Positions 1 through 12,460 of a stretch of DNA of 64,000 bases are shown piece by piece. A program made the translations under genes and the position numbers. Location: assembly GCA_013239625.1 (NCBI GenBank), contig MU053652.1:5323902-5387901 (forward strand), in the 5' to 3' direction. This DNA is from Lama guanicoe (Eukaryota). The notes beneath the pieces are model-generated. The model worked only from the letters and a program-made list of their open reading frames with translations. It was not told the DNA's origin and made no database searches. Numbering within the stretch: the stretch's first letter is position 1; each line of letters starts with the position of its first letter.

Positions 1-261
1 CTAAAGACCAAAGCTTTGCCACTGACTAATGTATCTTTCTGTTATTTCATCATAGCAATCTTGTAAGGGTTTGGGGTACAAAAGACCTTGATTAAATGTT
101 CTGGTTGGGAGCCTGGGTGACCTGGACTATCTCCAGTAAGCAGACTTAACAGAGCAGAAGTGATGTATTTCAATGATAATAACATAAACCATGGAATCAT
201 TAAACCTGACCAACTTGACCTGTGTGCTTCCTTAATGGCATTTAGATCTGGACACAAATAG

Positions 262-340
262 AGTGTAAATGTAAGTGGTAAATGAAAAGGATGTGGATAA
301 ACAAAGTGTGAATGTAAATGGTAAATGAAAAGGATGTGGA
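262..340. repeat. Direct duplication of a 36-bp unit (period 43 bp)
   Basis: agtgtaaatgtaagtggtaaatgaaaaggatgtgga (262-297) vs agtgtgaatgtaaatggtaaatgaaaaggatgtgga (305-340), 34/36 identical. Confidence 0.9.
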
Positions 341-1419
341 AAGGATAGTAATATTTCATTATATCTGTCCAGAAGCTTGAATCTGGGGAGGAATACCTCA
401 GTGCTTTAATTGCCTCAATTACAGCACAAATTTTTTAGCCTGGAATTGTGTGTATGTGTTTGGGTATAGGCAGCTATGCTGGAAAAAGCTTTCTCATGGG
501 TTTAAGGGGCCAGCTTGAAACTTCCTTAATTACTGCTTTAAACTTTAGAAGTAATCTGTTTATGAGTGCTTTCTTATACTTCAGGGTTCATGGTATCCTG
601 GAAAAGTTTCTCAGAACGTCTTGCTAAACTAAATGATCGTTATCATCATCATCTCTTAATTTTCTCACCTGATCCCCTTCAATGTAGGATACACTGCGAT
701 TGTTGTTATTGCTCGGTGGTTCAGGACAGAATAGAAAGATCCATAGTCACACGTGCTTTCCTCGGACGAATAATTCCATGCTTTGACTTTTGAGAAGATA
801 TTAAATGAGCAAAGAAGCAAGTCAGTTTCTGATTAATACTTTTACGTATTGATTTACAGAAGGCGGCGAATGCTCCCAGCTGAAAGGAAAAGACTTGGTG
901 CCTTCCTACCCATAAGGACACAAGTTCCTTATCTCCACATCCCCTTCCCTCAGATACATCTTCCACTTATTTGACTGGTTTGCCTGTGCTAGATACTCTA
1001 AGAAAGGAAAGGGAGAGAGAGGAAAAATTTAGATCGGACATAGGAAAATAAATTTTCCTTGGGCTCTCGTCCCAGAATATCAGACAGTGCACGGGATGTG
1101 TTGATAAGAAAATGAGACTGAACTGTACTTGTTAATTACCACGCAATTCAGGACTGTCATTGAGAAGAAGAGATGGAGGGAGAAAAGGACGAGAAGGCAA
1201 GTTGATAACTCTGCAGCTTTCTGCTTTTTTCTTTTTTTGTCTGTCCTATTGGGTACCTCTGATCTGGGGCATAAACATCTGTATAATCACGCCCTTGATG
1301 TTTTAAGTCCCCATCTGTTACCCAGAGCTCTGAGGCTCTCAGCTTTGTCTTGTGAAGCTGCTGTCCCAGGGTTGTTTTTGTCTTTGTAACTTGTCAAGGG
1401 TGCCAGCACCTTGTTGAGC

Positions 1420-1565
1420 CATTTACACCCATTATATCATTTACTCCTCGCATGTGTTATTATCCCCCATTTCACAGATGAGAAATCAAAGCCTGAGAGG
1501 TTAGGTTTGCCCAAGATCATGTAACAAGTAGATGTCTGAACCAAGTCTGATTAACCCCAAAGCCA
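1420..1565 (-). mobile_element. MIR SINE fragment
   Basis: Antisense MIR core: ttatcccccatttcacagatgagaaatcaaagcctgagaggttagg...gcccaagatca. Confidence 0.75.
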
Positions 1566-2039
1566 GCTTAGTTTGGATATGTGCCTGTCTTTAGGACGTG
1601 GGAGGGTCAGGGCCTGTCTCCATAGCTGACAGCTAGGGTTGGAGAGACTGATCTCTTGGCTGAGCTGGGCTGCTTCAAATGGAGAAAAAGTCTCCAGCTG
1701 TAAGTTGCAGCCAAAGTTGCTACATTATAGAGCTGAACAGGCAACACTGGTTTTTCATAAGAGCCCTGGAGCTCCCTGCTCTGTCCCCCAGGTTCCAGAT
1801 GACTGTTAATTTTGAAACTGGTATCATTCTAACAAAACGAGAGGTGGGTATCAGCTATTACTATAGGGTGTTCCAACCATAATTTCCAGTAAAGCTGGGG
1901 AAACAGCTTTGGGAATTGGAAGTAGAATCCTAAAGAATGGGTTACTTTGCCCAATCTTCACCCTCCTTGACTCTCCTCTCCAGTCTCTTCCCCTGCTTCT
2001 CCCAGGCAGCCTATTTACCTCCGATTGATGGTTTTGGGA

Positions 2040-2250
2040 GCAAGGAACTAGATTGACATTCTGAGTTGGAATCTCAGTCCAATGCCCTGCCAGCTCTGTA
2101 ACCTTGATAAATGGCTTAATCTCTCTGAACTAAATTTTCTTATCATGGGAATAATGATACCTGTTTTAGGGTTATGTTCTCAGATTAAAAAGAAATTAAG
2201 TACATAAAGAACCACTACAGTATTTGAAATAAAGTAGGTACTAAAACACA
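2040..2250 (+). mobile_element. MIR SINE fragment
   Basis: MIR core-like: agctctgtaaccttgataaatggcttaatctctctgaactaaattttcttatcatgggaataatgatacct. Confidence 0.7.
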
Positions 2251-2369
2251 CTAATTTTTTTTTCCCCCAAGAATTGACAGAATTGGCAGACTGAGTTCTT
2301 CTGGATTTAAGTCCAGTGTTTCTTAGCCACAACTGTTGCTGTAAACAAAAGGAAAAATAACCACTGTCT

Positions 2370-2560
2370 TTTATCAGGTGCCTGCTAGGAAGCTGGAGGC
2401 TAGCATTTTCCCTACATTATTTTACTTAATCCTTACAACCGTCTTGTGAAGAAAATCTGTTTTGCAAATGAGGAAATGGAGGCTTTACAGGATGAATTGC
2501 CCAAGGCCCAGAGTCAGTGAAGGCAGGACTGGGATTCAAACACATTAATCTGAACCAAGT
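2370..2560 (-). mobile_element. MIR SINE fragment
   Basis: ttaatccttacaacc...ttttgcaaatgaggaaatggaggct...ttgcccaaggccca...ctgggattcaaa. Confidence 0.75.
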
Positions 2561-2590
2561 GGCCCAGCTGTCTGCTGTCTGTGCCGTCTC

Positions 2591-2605
2591 CCAGCAGAGG
2601 GCAGC
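2591..2605 (+). promoter_or_regulatory. Candidate CTCF binding motif
   Basis: CCAGCAGAGGGCAGC matches the CTCF core CCASYAGRKGGCRS; motif only, no occupancy data. Confidence 0.5.
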
Positions 2606-3519
2606 GTGGAATCCTGACAGCGTGGGGCTCCAGGAATTCAGGGGCTGTGTTTCTGGCTTGGGATGGGGTTGGAGGGATCCTTGTGCAGGTGGTCATCTCT
2701 TCAGTGGCAACCAACTGCCCTGTAAGTTCTCCAAAGCCTCATTCTTTTGTAACAGCAGAGCTCTTTCACATGGAAAATTGTGAAATGGACTTTCAGTTTT
2801 ATGTGAGTTTGAGTAGTGCCAGCCTGTGTTTCCTGGGGCCCAGATCTCCTGAATAACCTAAACAGCAAAGGTTCTGACAAACCTACAGGGCAGGGAGCCC
2901 ACAAGAGTGAAGGCCTCTTGGAGGCCAGTGACCCTCATGAGTAGGAAACCCTGTTCCTTGACTTCAGCAAGGAGACCATCTCTGGTTCACTGTAAATTCA
3001 TCTATCCCTGTAGGCTACCTCCGAGGGACCAAACATTCTCTTTCATATCTGAGAGAATGAGTCTGAACACTGACACCACTTTATATGAATATGTTTTTAA
3101 ATGCAGATTACATGCAAATTTTTTATGAGGCGAGGCTGTGCTGCCCATACAGCCAAATTATTTTGGGGGTTAGTGTTCAGAGCAGAGTCTGTTATCTTTC
3201 TCTTAGTTCAATGGCTGTCAGGTTTTAAAAACAAAGCCTCCGCCTGGGGAATTTCATCCCCCTTTGGGTGGGCATCCTTGTCGAGCATCATGTATTGTCC
3301 ACTGGAATGTCTGCCGAAATTGGAGCCTTAGCCAGCTGAGGGGAGATTTGGAGGAGTCTGGAGGCCAAGTCTGTTTGTGTTGGTTTTGAACACCTACATT
3401 GGATCACCTGGTCAGTTTTTATTTCCCAAACCTAGGATCGTTAGGCACACGGTTTCCTCCACCTTCAAAGTCCCTCCTCTCCCCACCCACCCCAATGCAG
3501 CCCTCTGCAGTATGGTCCT

Positions 3520-3797
3520 GACCTTTCAAACTCAGCTGCAACATCACTCCCTCTAGGCTGATTTTTCTGACACCCAGGGATGCTCAGGTACTTCCCGGAG
3601 GTACTTCAGCACTTCATTCCTACAATCTTGGCACAGTCGTTTCTTGTACTTTCATTTTAATATTTACTTCTCTGTTTCCTTGACAACTCTCTAAACTCCT
3701 CAAGGTCATGTCCCAGGCCCCACTCATCTTTGTGCTCTGAGGACTTGTCATAACTTGACACATACTAAGTGCTCAATAAATAGCTGAAAGAATGAAC
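3520..3797 (+). mobile_element. L2 LINE 3' end
   Basis: L2-type terminus: taaactcctcaaggtc...cacatactaagtgctcaataaatagctgaaagaatgaa. Confidence 0.7.
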
Positions 3798-4524
3798 ATG
3801 AGACAGAAGATACCAATCTTGCACGCTCAGAGCGAAAGATTTAGTGTTTCCCGGTGTTGCTTTCCCCTACTGTGCTGTTTTCCCACTAGTTTTCTCTTTG
3901 GCCATTTCAGTGGATGCGCTGTTTCTCTAGGTCTCTGGGAATATGACTAGAGTTGACTCTAGGTAAAATAGCTTCTTTTGGTTGTTAGAGGAGTTCGGGA
4001 GCTAGGCCTGAGCCCATCAGGGAATCCTCTCCAGAGCTATGAGGAAGATCACTGAGAAAAGGAGGATACAGGATGTGGCAGGTGCTCAAAGGCTCAGGCG
4101 CCAAGGCAAACCGTGGGCCTCAGGTCTTGCTGCAGCTGAGCACCCCTGCAGGGAGCTTCTGGCCATGTGCCCCTATATTTAAGGGACCCCTGTACTTGAG
4201 GGGTTTGTAGAATAGGCACCTCCATTACCTTATTTCTCAAGGAGACTCTGAGGAAGTCTTCAGGACTGAGGCCAAGGGACGGTGGGAATCGCAGGCAGCC
4301 GTTCTCTTGATGTCCGAGTCTTCCCTCTCCTCTCCTGCTGCTGTTCCTGGGTCTCTTAAAGAGATGCAAGAAGGGAAAAGGAAGAGATCCAGGAGGGTGG
4401 TGCTGTTGATGCAGCCAACTAAGGATAACTTACCCAGGAACCCCCACCCATGGGTGCTGGTGTTTATGAACCTAAATTTTAACCTACTTGCAGGGGCAGC
4501 CTGGAACATTGAGGTTATATCACT

Positions 4525-4800
4525 ATTTGCTCAATTCAGCAAACATATAATGAACTTCTACTTTATCCCAGGCACTGTGCTGAGCACTGGAAATATACTG
4601 TATCAATGCTTAGCACAGGATATAGGCTCAAAGATTAATGACTGTAACTCAGTGTGACAAGTGCTATAATGGAGGCGTAGAAGGGAAAGACAGGACATTG
4701 AACTCAGTCTGCAAGGAATCAGGGAACTAACGTGAAAGTGACACTTACATGGAGCTTTGCAAGACTAGGACTGACTGGCATTAGCCACATGGACGGGCAG
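4525..4800 (-). mobile_element. L2 LINE 3' end
   Basis: tcaattcagcaaacatataatgaacttctactttatcccaggcactgtgctgagcactgg resembles the antisense L2 tail. Confidence 0.7.
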
Positions 4801-6546
4801 TGGTGGTGAGAATGGGCGTGGGGACATGTAGCAGATACAGCAGATTAGCTCATTCAGCACTCTTTCTGTCTTCCTTTTGATTCAGTCTTCCCGAACTGCA
4901 GAGACGAGAAAGCTAAAAACAATGTTTGTCAGTTTCTTTTGCAACTAGGATTCCAGAGGGACTTGACGCTCTCCCTGAGATTGGAATTAGGAGGTGAGTC
5001 TAGTGGGTGGCATGCACAGCTTCTGTTTTTCTGCCACGGCTCTAACAGACACATGTGGCTCTAGAGCCAGCAGGTTCTGTGTCCTCCTGTCCCCAGAGCC
5101 TGGCAAAGGGGGTGTGACTCCTAGGTTCCAACCTGAGCAACCAGGAGTGGGATGGTGCCCGGCTCAGAGAAGAAAGGAGATGACTTCAGGGTGAAGGGTA
5201 TTACGTTCAGGGCACACTTGGGTAGAGATGTCTAAAAAGTTAGAGAACTCAAACTTTTTTTTTAACAGGAGAAAATCAAAGTTTAATAACATGTATACAC
5301 AGGAAAGACCCAGGAAAACAGAATAACTCCTCAAACATTTCTTTTTTTAATGTACTATTTCTTTGGTGAATTTACACGTGAGGTCATTTACAAAAGACAA
5401 GATGCAGACAGATGCAGCTTTCAGTGCATTTTCAAATATTTCTGAGAACGGGCAATAAATAGTCCATGAGGATTCGGAGGATAGTATTGAATGGCACGTG
5501 CTTTGGTTTATGTTGTGGGTTTTTCTTCCCAACCCCAAAGGGCAGGAAGGGAAAAAAGTAGAGGAAAATATCACTGTTAAGGTAATGATGCAGGTAAAAA
5601 CTTTTTAAAGTCAGAGGTTATTCAGAGACATAGAACATTTCTGTATTCAGCAGTTATCGTAGTAGGGGTATAATTTAAGAACTAAAATGCAGAGCTCTCA
5701 AGCTTTCCAATATCCACATCATCTTAAACTTACGTTAGCTGCTCCCACTAATTAATTGGAGGTCCCCTCAACTGTCATAGAGTTTGGGAACTCAAGAGTC
5801 CAGTGTGGAGTAGAGAGAAAGATTTGGGTGTCTGTGGTGTGGCACAGGCATCGTGCGCATACGATTACTCGGGGATGTGTAGAGTTTAAAGTGAAGTGGG
5901 CTGACAGTGGTGCTTACCCACTTTAAGAAGACCTTTTTGGAAATAATTTCATATTTGCTGGAAAGTTTCCAGAACAATACAAAGGACAATCATATATTCT
6001 TTACCTAGACTCATTTGTTGTTCCCATTGTGTTCTATTTGCTTTATCCTTTGCTCTCTCTCTCTATACACACACACACATATATATATTTTTTGGGTCAT
6101 TTGACAATAAACTGCATACATCCTGGCCCTTTGCTCTTTACCAGTGACTGTTTCCTAAGAGCAAGGATATTGTCTTATGTAACTACAATGTAGTTATCAT
6201 CTTCAGTTAATTTAAAGTCTGTACAATTCTATAATCTAATCCACCATCTGCATTCCAATTTGTTGGTTAACCCAGTAATATCCTTTATAGGATTTCCCTT
6301 CTAATAGAGGATCCTGTCCAGGATCACATACTGCATTTAGTGGTCACGTCTCTTTTGTCTCCTTTAATTTGGAATAGTTCCTCACCTTTTCATTGTCTGT
6401 TATGACAGTGACATTTTAAGAGAATACAGCCTTCCCCCACTTTTTAAAATAGAAGGTTCCTCATTTTGAGTTTGGCTGACATTTTTTCATGATTAAATTC
6501 AGATTATGCATTCCCTGCCAGAATGTTGTGCCTGTGATGCTGTGAT

Positions 6547-6998
6547 TGTCAACTGAAAGAAAAACATGTAACATAAGAACTGTAAGTTTAAGATTTATTC
6601 AGGGTCTTACTGAGAACTGTAGCTCAGGAGACAGCCTTTCAATGGCTCCGAGGGGACTGATCTAAAGGGAAAGGGGAGAAGCCAGTGTATTTATGATTTT
6701 TGGTTGGGGACAATATGTGATCAAGCATACACCTTGGGAAAAGGTTACTGCTAGTCACGAGGAATAGATATCTTAGTTATTGATTTTAGTGCTTTACTGT
6801 GTTTGGGAAGATGCAAGAATCTGGGTTCAAAAAGACTTCCTGAGATACACATCTCACTGTCAAAGAGACCTGTTTTTCCAAAGCACAGAGCACTTCATCT
6901 GTTTTTCATCCTGAATCCCTCCGAGGGTGTCATTGACTATAGGGGCTAGTGACTTAAACCTTGTACAACTGGATGGTGAGCAACATTCTTTGTTTTAT
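6547..6998 (-). mobile_element. ERV solo LTR (ERV1-like)
   Basis: Begins TGT, carries an antisense AATAAA (tttatt near 6594), about 450 bp; atgggaagatgcaagaatctggg-type motifs resemble artiodactyl ERV1 LTRs; interrupts the L1. Confidence 0.65.
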
Positions 6999-7065
6999 GT
7001 GCTCTTCTCAGGGTATCACTCCCAGAGGCAAATTACCATCTGTTCCTCATTGGTGACATTAATTT

Positions 7066-7612
7066 TTTTAATTGAAGTATAGTTGATTTACAATGTTGTG
7101 TTAGTGTCTGGTGTACAGCACAGTGATTCAGGTACATCTGTATGCATACATAGTCTTTTTCATTACATGTTACTAAAAGCCATTGAATGTAGTTCCCCGT
7201 GCTATACAGTAGGACCTTGTTGTTTATCTATTTCATATGCACAAATCCCAAACTCCCAGTTTATCCCTCCCTCCCCTGTTTCCCCCCTGGTAACCTTAAG
7301 TTTATTTTCCATGTCTATGAGTCTATTTCTGTTTTCTAAATAAATTCATTTGTGTCATTTTTTTAAGATTTCACATGTAAGTGATATCATGTGATATTTG
7401 TCTTTCTCTGACTGACTGACTTCACTTAGTATGATAATCTCTAGGTCCATCCATATTGCTGCATATGACATTATTTCATTCCTTTTTATGGCTGAGTAGT
7501 ATTCCATTGTATATTGATACCACAACTTCTTTATCCATTGATCTGTCAATGGACATTAGGTTGCTTCCATGCCTTGGCTGTTGTAAACAATGCTGCTATG
7601 AACACTGGGGTG
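7066..7612 (-). mobile_element. 5'-truncated younger L1 (3' UTR plus ORF2 C-terminus) with TSD
   Basis: ORF 7355-7549 gives WIKKLWYQYTMEYYSAIKRNEIMSYAAIWMDLEIIILSEVSQ (L1 ORF2p C-terminus); TSD tggtgacattaattt (7051-7065) / tggtgatattaattt (7613-7627). Confidence 0.92.
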
Positions 7613-9189
7613 TGGTGATATTAATTTCAATACTCAGGTAAGGTGTCTGACTTCTTCACTGTATAGTTAAAATGTTCTGCTTTGCTACTAATACACAATC
7701 TATGGGGAGACACTTTTAAGTCCATGCAGATATCCTGCTTCTTATCAAAATTTCCCCCCTAAATTTAGCATCAACTTATGATAATCCAGTCTTTGCTATG
7801 ATGGTTGAAAAAGAATGATTTTCCAACTCCAGCAACTGCTGCTACATTTAGCTTTCGGTCCTTAGCATTTTCTAAGCAAGAGCCCTGCTTTCTCCATTAC
7901 CTATTTAATACTTATTTATTTACTATTAGTGTGGACTGATGGATTTCTATTTTTCAGTGGCTTATAACTTGCTATTTTACTTAATTATTTTGGCTCAAAT
8001 TTCCCCAGATTTGGTAAGAGTCCCCTAAAACTCCTGTGTTCTTGTGATATGCCCCCATCATTTTACGGAGTATTGTCTTATTTTCTGGCATGAAAACATG
8101 TTTCTGGTTCTATGCCCTAGTCTTGGAATCAGCTATTTCTCTGGGGATTCCTGGTTCTTTTTAGTGGAGACTGGCATTAGAAACTAATATCTATGAGCTA
8201 CATGAGCTCATTGCTGCTGCGGTTTCTTTGTTTCTAGGTCCTTCCAGCAGACTGACTTAGGACATACATGCATATATAATACATACACGTGTACACATGC
8301 AGCTATACACACACATGTCACTCTTTAAAAATTGCAAGTTTATACCAATATCTTCGATTCCAATCCATTTCCAATCCGTTTTTCCTTACCATCCCCCCAT
8401 TCTGTATAAGTATTTCATTTCTTCTACAGCAAGGACCCTAGGGTGGAGCCCTTTAGTATTTCATTAACATTGAATGTTTCATTAACTTTTAAAAAGTAGG
8501 CAGAGTGAAAGAGCACACAGAGGCAGATGAGGAACAACCAGAAAAGGAGGGGAAAACCAGCAGAGACGGTGTCAAAGAATTCAAAGGAAAAATGGGTTTT
8601 ATCACGAAGAGCCCTCAGCCTCATCAAATTTAAATCACTTTACAGCAAGATTTTGAAAAGCTTTTAAACATTCACGCATATATTCCTGCTTTGTAACACA
8701 GCAACTCTTTTCATTCTGATGCTCCCTTCAGTATCCGTCCACAGGAATACTTGCCTTTATGCCGTGCAATGGTAACAATACGCGTTATAATTTGGTGCTT
8801 TGCTTTTTGCTTGAGGTAATCTTGTAGCACCTGCTCACTTTCTACGAGTCCTCCCACCCTTCATTCTGACCTGTTTTATTGGCTGTACTGATCAAGGACG
8901 GAAGAGACCTCCTTTCTTCCGGCTTCTGTGGCTTCCTTAGCCAGTCACTCCTTTCCCTTCATCTGCTCACTCTCCCACCGCTCTGCTGAAAAGACAGTGA
9001 TCTCACTTACGTAATAACATTTGCTAAGATTAAAACATGTGGAATTGCTGATATTCAGCCCATAACAACAGCAACTTCATATGGCTTCAGTCTAATGAGA
9101 AATATACTGTATCAGTGTTTAGCACAGGATATAGGTTCAAAGATTAATGACTATAATTCTGTGTGGCAAGTGCTATACTGGGTACTGTA

Positions 9190-9400
9190 TATACATGTAA
9201 AAGACCTGATTTAAGAGCGTCTCTATGCTATTAATTTAATCATCATTAATCATACCTTATGAGGTATCATCATCATCGTATCTGAGGAAACAGAGGCAAA
9301 GAAAGGTTAAAGAACTTGCCCATAGCTAGCAAGCAGCAGGTGCAGGATTTGGGCTCGGGAAGTCTGGCTTCGGAGTCCAGGTTCTTAATCATTACATTCT
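9190..9400 (-). mobile_element. MIR SINE
   Basis: tgaggaaacagaggcaaagaaaggttaaagaacttgcccatag...agtctggcttcggagtccaggttcttaatcatta. Confidence 0.8.
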
Positions 9401-10627
9401 GATGTCCCTCTAGAATGACATCACTAACCTTAAAATAACCAAATCCAAGCTTGTTAAGGGAGCTGGAGCCAGTCTCCTTGTTAACTGAGTGCAGGTGCCC
9501 TGTGTTTCCCCCTCTTCGATTGTTTTCTGATGTATGTGTGCTTTTCCCCGTAGATGTCAAGGCTGGAGGCTAGGGAGTGGGCCTGCTCTTCACCCCTTCG
9601 TGCCAGGCGCCTTGTGCAGTATGCAGAGTAGATGTGCCCTCAATACTCATTGAAGGAAGGAAGGAAGGAAGGGAAGAGCATGGGGAGGGTGGAAGGTGGA
9701 AGTGGGGCCATCGATTGGAGACTGGGAAGGCAAGTGAGATGAACTAGAGAATGTCTGACTTGTGTAGAGAGTTGGACTTTGAGGGGCCACAGACAGGGTA
9801 GAGTTTTCTACTTCTGGCATCCAGTGTGGGACAGTTCAGAGGGATGAGTTCAAGCCAAAGATTCATAGTGGCAGTCAGTGGTGAACCCCTGGCCAGCAGG
9901 GTTCAGAGGAGGGTGCAGGCTGGGCAGGAGGGGAGAGCCAGTGAGGGGGACTCCCTTGAAGGAGGAGTCTGCAGTCTGAGAGTTCCCTTTTGCTCTGGGA
10001 ACCATGAGTGGTGCAACATTAGGTCTGGAGTACCTAGACCTGCCTGCTACCTACCAGACTTCAGGTCATTGTTTATAAGCCCAAGGTAGAAACTTTCAAC
10101 GAACTTAATGTCCTTGAACTCTTTCTGTAAGTGCTAGATATGGGGGTAGAATGCCTGCAAACGTGCAGATGTCCTTAGGAAATTGGGCTTTTGGTTTCTA
10201 GCACCCTGGACCCAAGTTCTTTGAAAGAGTAAGATATTAAAGGCTGAGGACCACTCTTGGAAAAAGAAAAACAAGATGCTGACTCTGTCATTCTCTGTCT
10301 CTGGGACCTTCTTTGTGACTCAGTGTTTTTCAGTCTGTCCAAAAGGGGAGCAATTCATTTGCATAGCTTCTCAAAGTTATTGTGATGACTTTCTGTTTGT
10401 TTATTAATCAAATCAAACAGTATATTGAAAGTTCTTAGAACAGTGTAAAGTACTATAAAATGTAATTATTATTGTTTGACATCATATATACTAGATACCA
10501 TAAGACAATGATAAATTAAGTATATGTTGGTGAACTCTCACCTACACCCACTTTGGCTTCCCATCTCACTGTCTTCCTGAGTAGATTCATACTTTTCAAA
10601 GGATGGGGTAGGGAAAATATTAGTATA

Positions 10628-11212
10628 TGTATTGACTTTCTCTTGCTGCCATAACAAATTATCACAAACTTAGTGGCTTTAAAACAACACAAGTTAATCA
10701 GCTTACAGTTTCTGAGGTCAGAAGTCTGAAAGGATGTCTCACTGGGCTCAAACCAAGGTGTCAGCAGGCACATAACATTTTTTTTTAAATGGAGTTACTG
10801 GAGGATTGAATCCAGGATCTTATGCTCACTAAGAATGCACTCTACCACTGAGCTCTACCTTCTCCCAAGATGTTAGCAGGGCTCTGTTCCATTCTGGAGG
10901 ATCATTAGGAGAATCTGTTTTCTTGCCTTTTCCAGCTTCTGGAGGATACCGGTCCCCTTACTCCATCTTCAGAGCCAGCAATGTTAGATCCCTCTGTGCC
11001 TTTCTCCTATAGCCACATCTCCCTCTAACCCTCTTCTGTCTCTCTCTTCCACTCTTAAGGACCCGTGTGATTACATTAGGCCCACCCGGATAATCCAGGA
11101 TAATCTCCGTATTTCAAGGTCACTTAGCAACTTTAATTCCCCTTTGCCATGTAACCTGTTCTGGAGATTGGGACAAGGACATCTGTGGGGGGATATTATT
11201 CTGCCTACCACA
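10628..11212 (-). mobile_element. MaLR solo LTR (MLT1C/D-like), split by a SINE
   Basis: tgtattgactttctcttgctgccataacaaattatcacaaacttagtggctttaaaacaacac ... ggataatccaggataatctcc ... ttattctgcctaccaca. Confidence 0.85.
10769..10866 (-). mobile_element. tRNA-Ala-derived camelid-type SINE (short, diverged)
   Basis: Reverse complement GGGAGAAGGTAGAGCTCAGTGGTAGAGTGCATTCTTAG...CCTGGATTCAATCC plus A-tail; TSD aaggtgtcagcagg (10755-10768) / aagatgttagcagg (10867-10880). Confidence 0.85.
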
Positions 11213-11835
11213 GTATCTATTTTGTAAATATTTTATTTGGAATGAATTTTGGCACAAGTGAAAGTGGAAAATCAAAATTCTTCCTAACCTGTTGGTAATA
11301 AGGGCTTCCAGCATTACTGGGTAATTCCTAGCAGAATTCTTTTTCATGGGAAACCAGCAACACCTAGTGTCTCTCCAAATACATTTCAACAGAAAACATA
11401 AAGTTCTGTAATTAAAAAGGTAGAACAGAAGTTGCAGCTCAGTGACTGGTTGTCAAAAAAAGGATATTCTCACTACTCACAGAGGGAGACAGCTGGTGAT
11501 CCTCTTTTCTAAACAGTGTTCTTTAGACAGCGTGAGCCCATGCGTATATCTAGAAGTATTTAAGTTAATCCTGTTTGGAGCATGGCACCATCCTGGGCTC
11601 TGTGATAGATGCAGAAACGTAAGAATGTGATCCTCATCCTCAAATTACATCCAGTCTTATTGGGCAGACAAGACACACCCTGGCAATTAAAGCATATGTA
11701 CCTATTTATGAAACACCAAAGACCTAATTGCCAAGTGTACCAGTTATAATTAGACTCAGTTGTACGTACATCAAAACCCCAAAGAACACTAGCTTAAACA
11801 ACAGAGAAGTTTATCTCTTATTCTTGTGAAAGAAT

Positions 11836-12460
11836 TGGTACAGCCATGGTTTGGCAGTTCCTCAAAAAGTTAAACAGAGTTACCATATGACCCAGTAATT
11901 GTACTCCTAGGTGTATATCCAAGAGAATTGAAAACATACTTCTGTAGGAAAACTTGCACACTAATGTTCATAATAGCATTGTTTATAATAACCAGAAAGT
12001 GGAAGCAACCCACATGTCTGTCAACTGTTGAATGGATAAACAAATGTGGTATATCCATCCAATGGTGCATTTATTCAACCATAAAAAGGAACGAAGTACT
12101 GATACAAACTATAACATGGAAGAACCTGGAAAACATATTAAGTGAAAGAAGACAGACACAAAAGGCCACATAATGTATGATTCTATTTATATGAAATGTC
12201 CAGAACAGGCAAATCGATAGAGACAGAAAGCAGGTTAGTGGTTGCCAGGATCTGGGAAGTGGGGAGGGAAGGATGGGAATGAATGCTAATGGGCACAGGG
12301 TTTATTTGGGGGATGATGAAAATGTCCTGGAATTAGATAGTGGTGAAAGTTGAACAACTTTGTGAATATACTAAAAACCCTAAAAGCCACTGAATTGTAC
12401 ACTTTAAATGGGTGAATTGTTTTGTATGTGAATTATATCTCTGTAAAGTTACAAAAAAAT
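11836..12460 (+). mobile_element. L1MB-like 3' fragment
   Basis: ORF2 C-terminal remnant (MFIIALFIITRKWKQPTC...EWINK) followed by an L1MB-type 3' UTR (gatgaaaatgtcctggaattagatagtggtga) and A-rich end. Confidence 0.88.

Larger units (their letters stand above)
5930..8420 (-). mobile_element. Old L1 (L1MC4-like) 3' region, interrupted by an LTR and a younger L1
   Basis: Antisense L1MC-type motifs (ttcctaagagcaaggatatt, caggatcacatactgcatttagtggtcacgtctc, cttggaatcagctatttctc) continue on both sides of the inserts. Confidence 0.7.
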
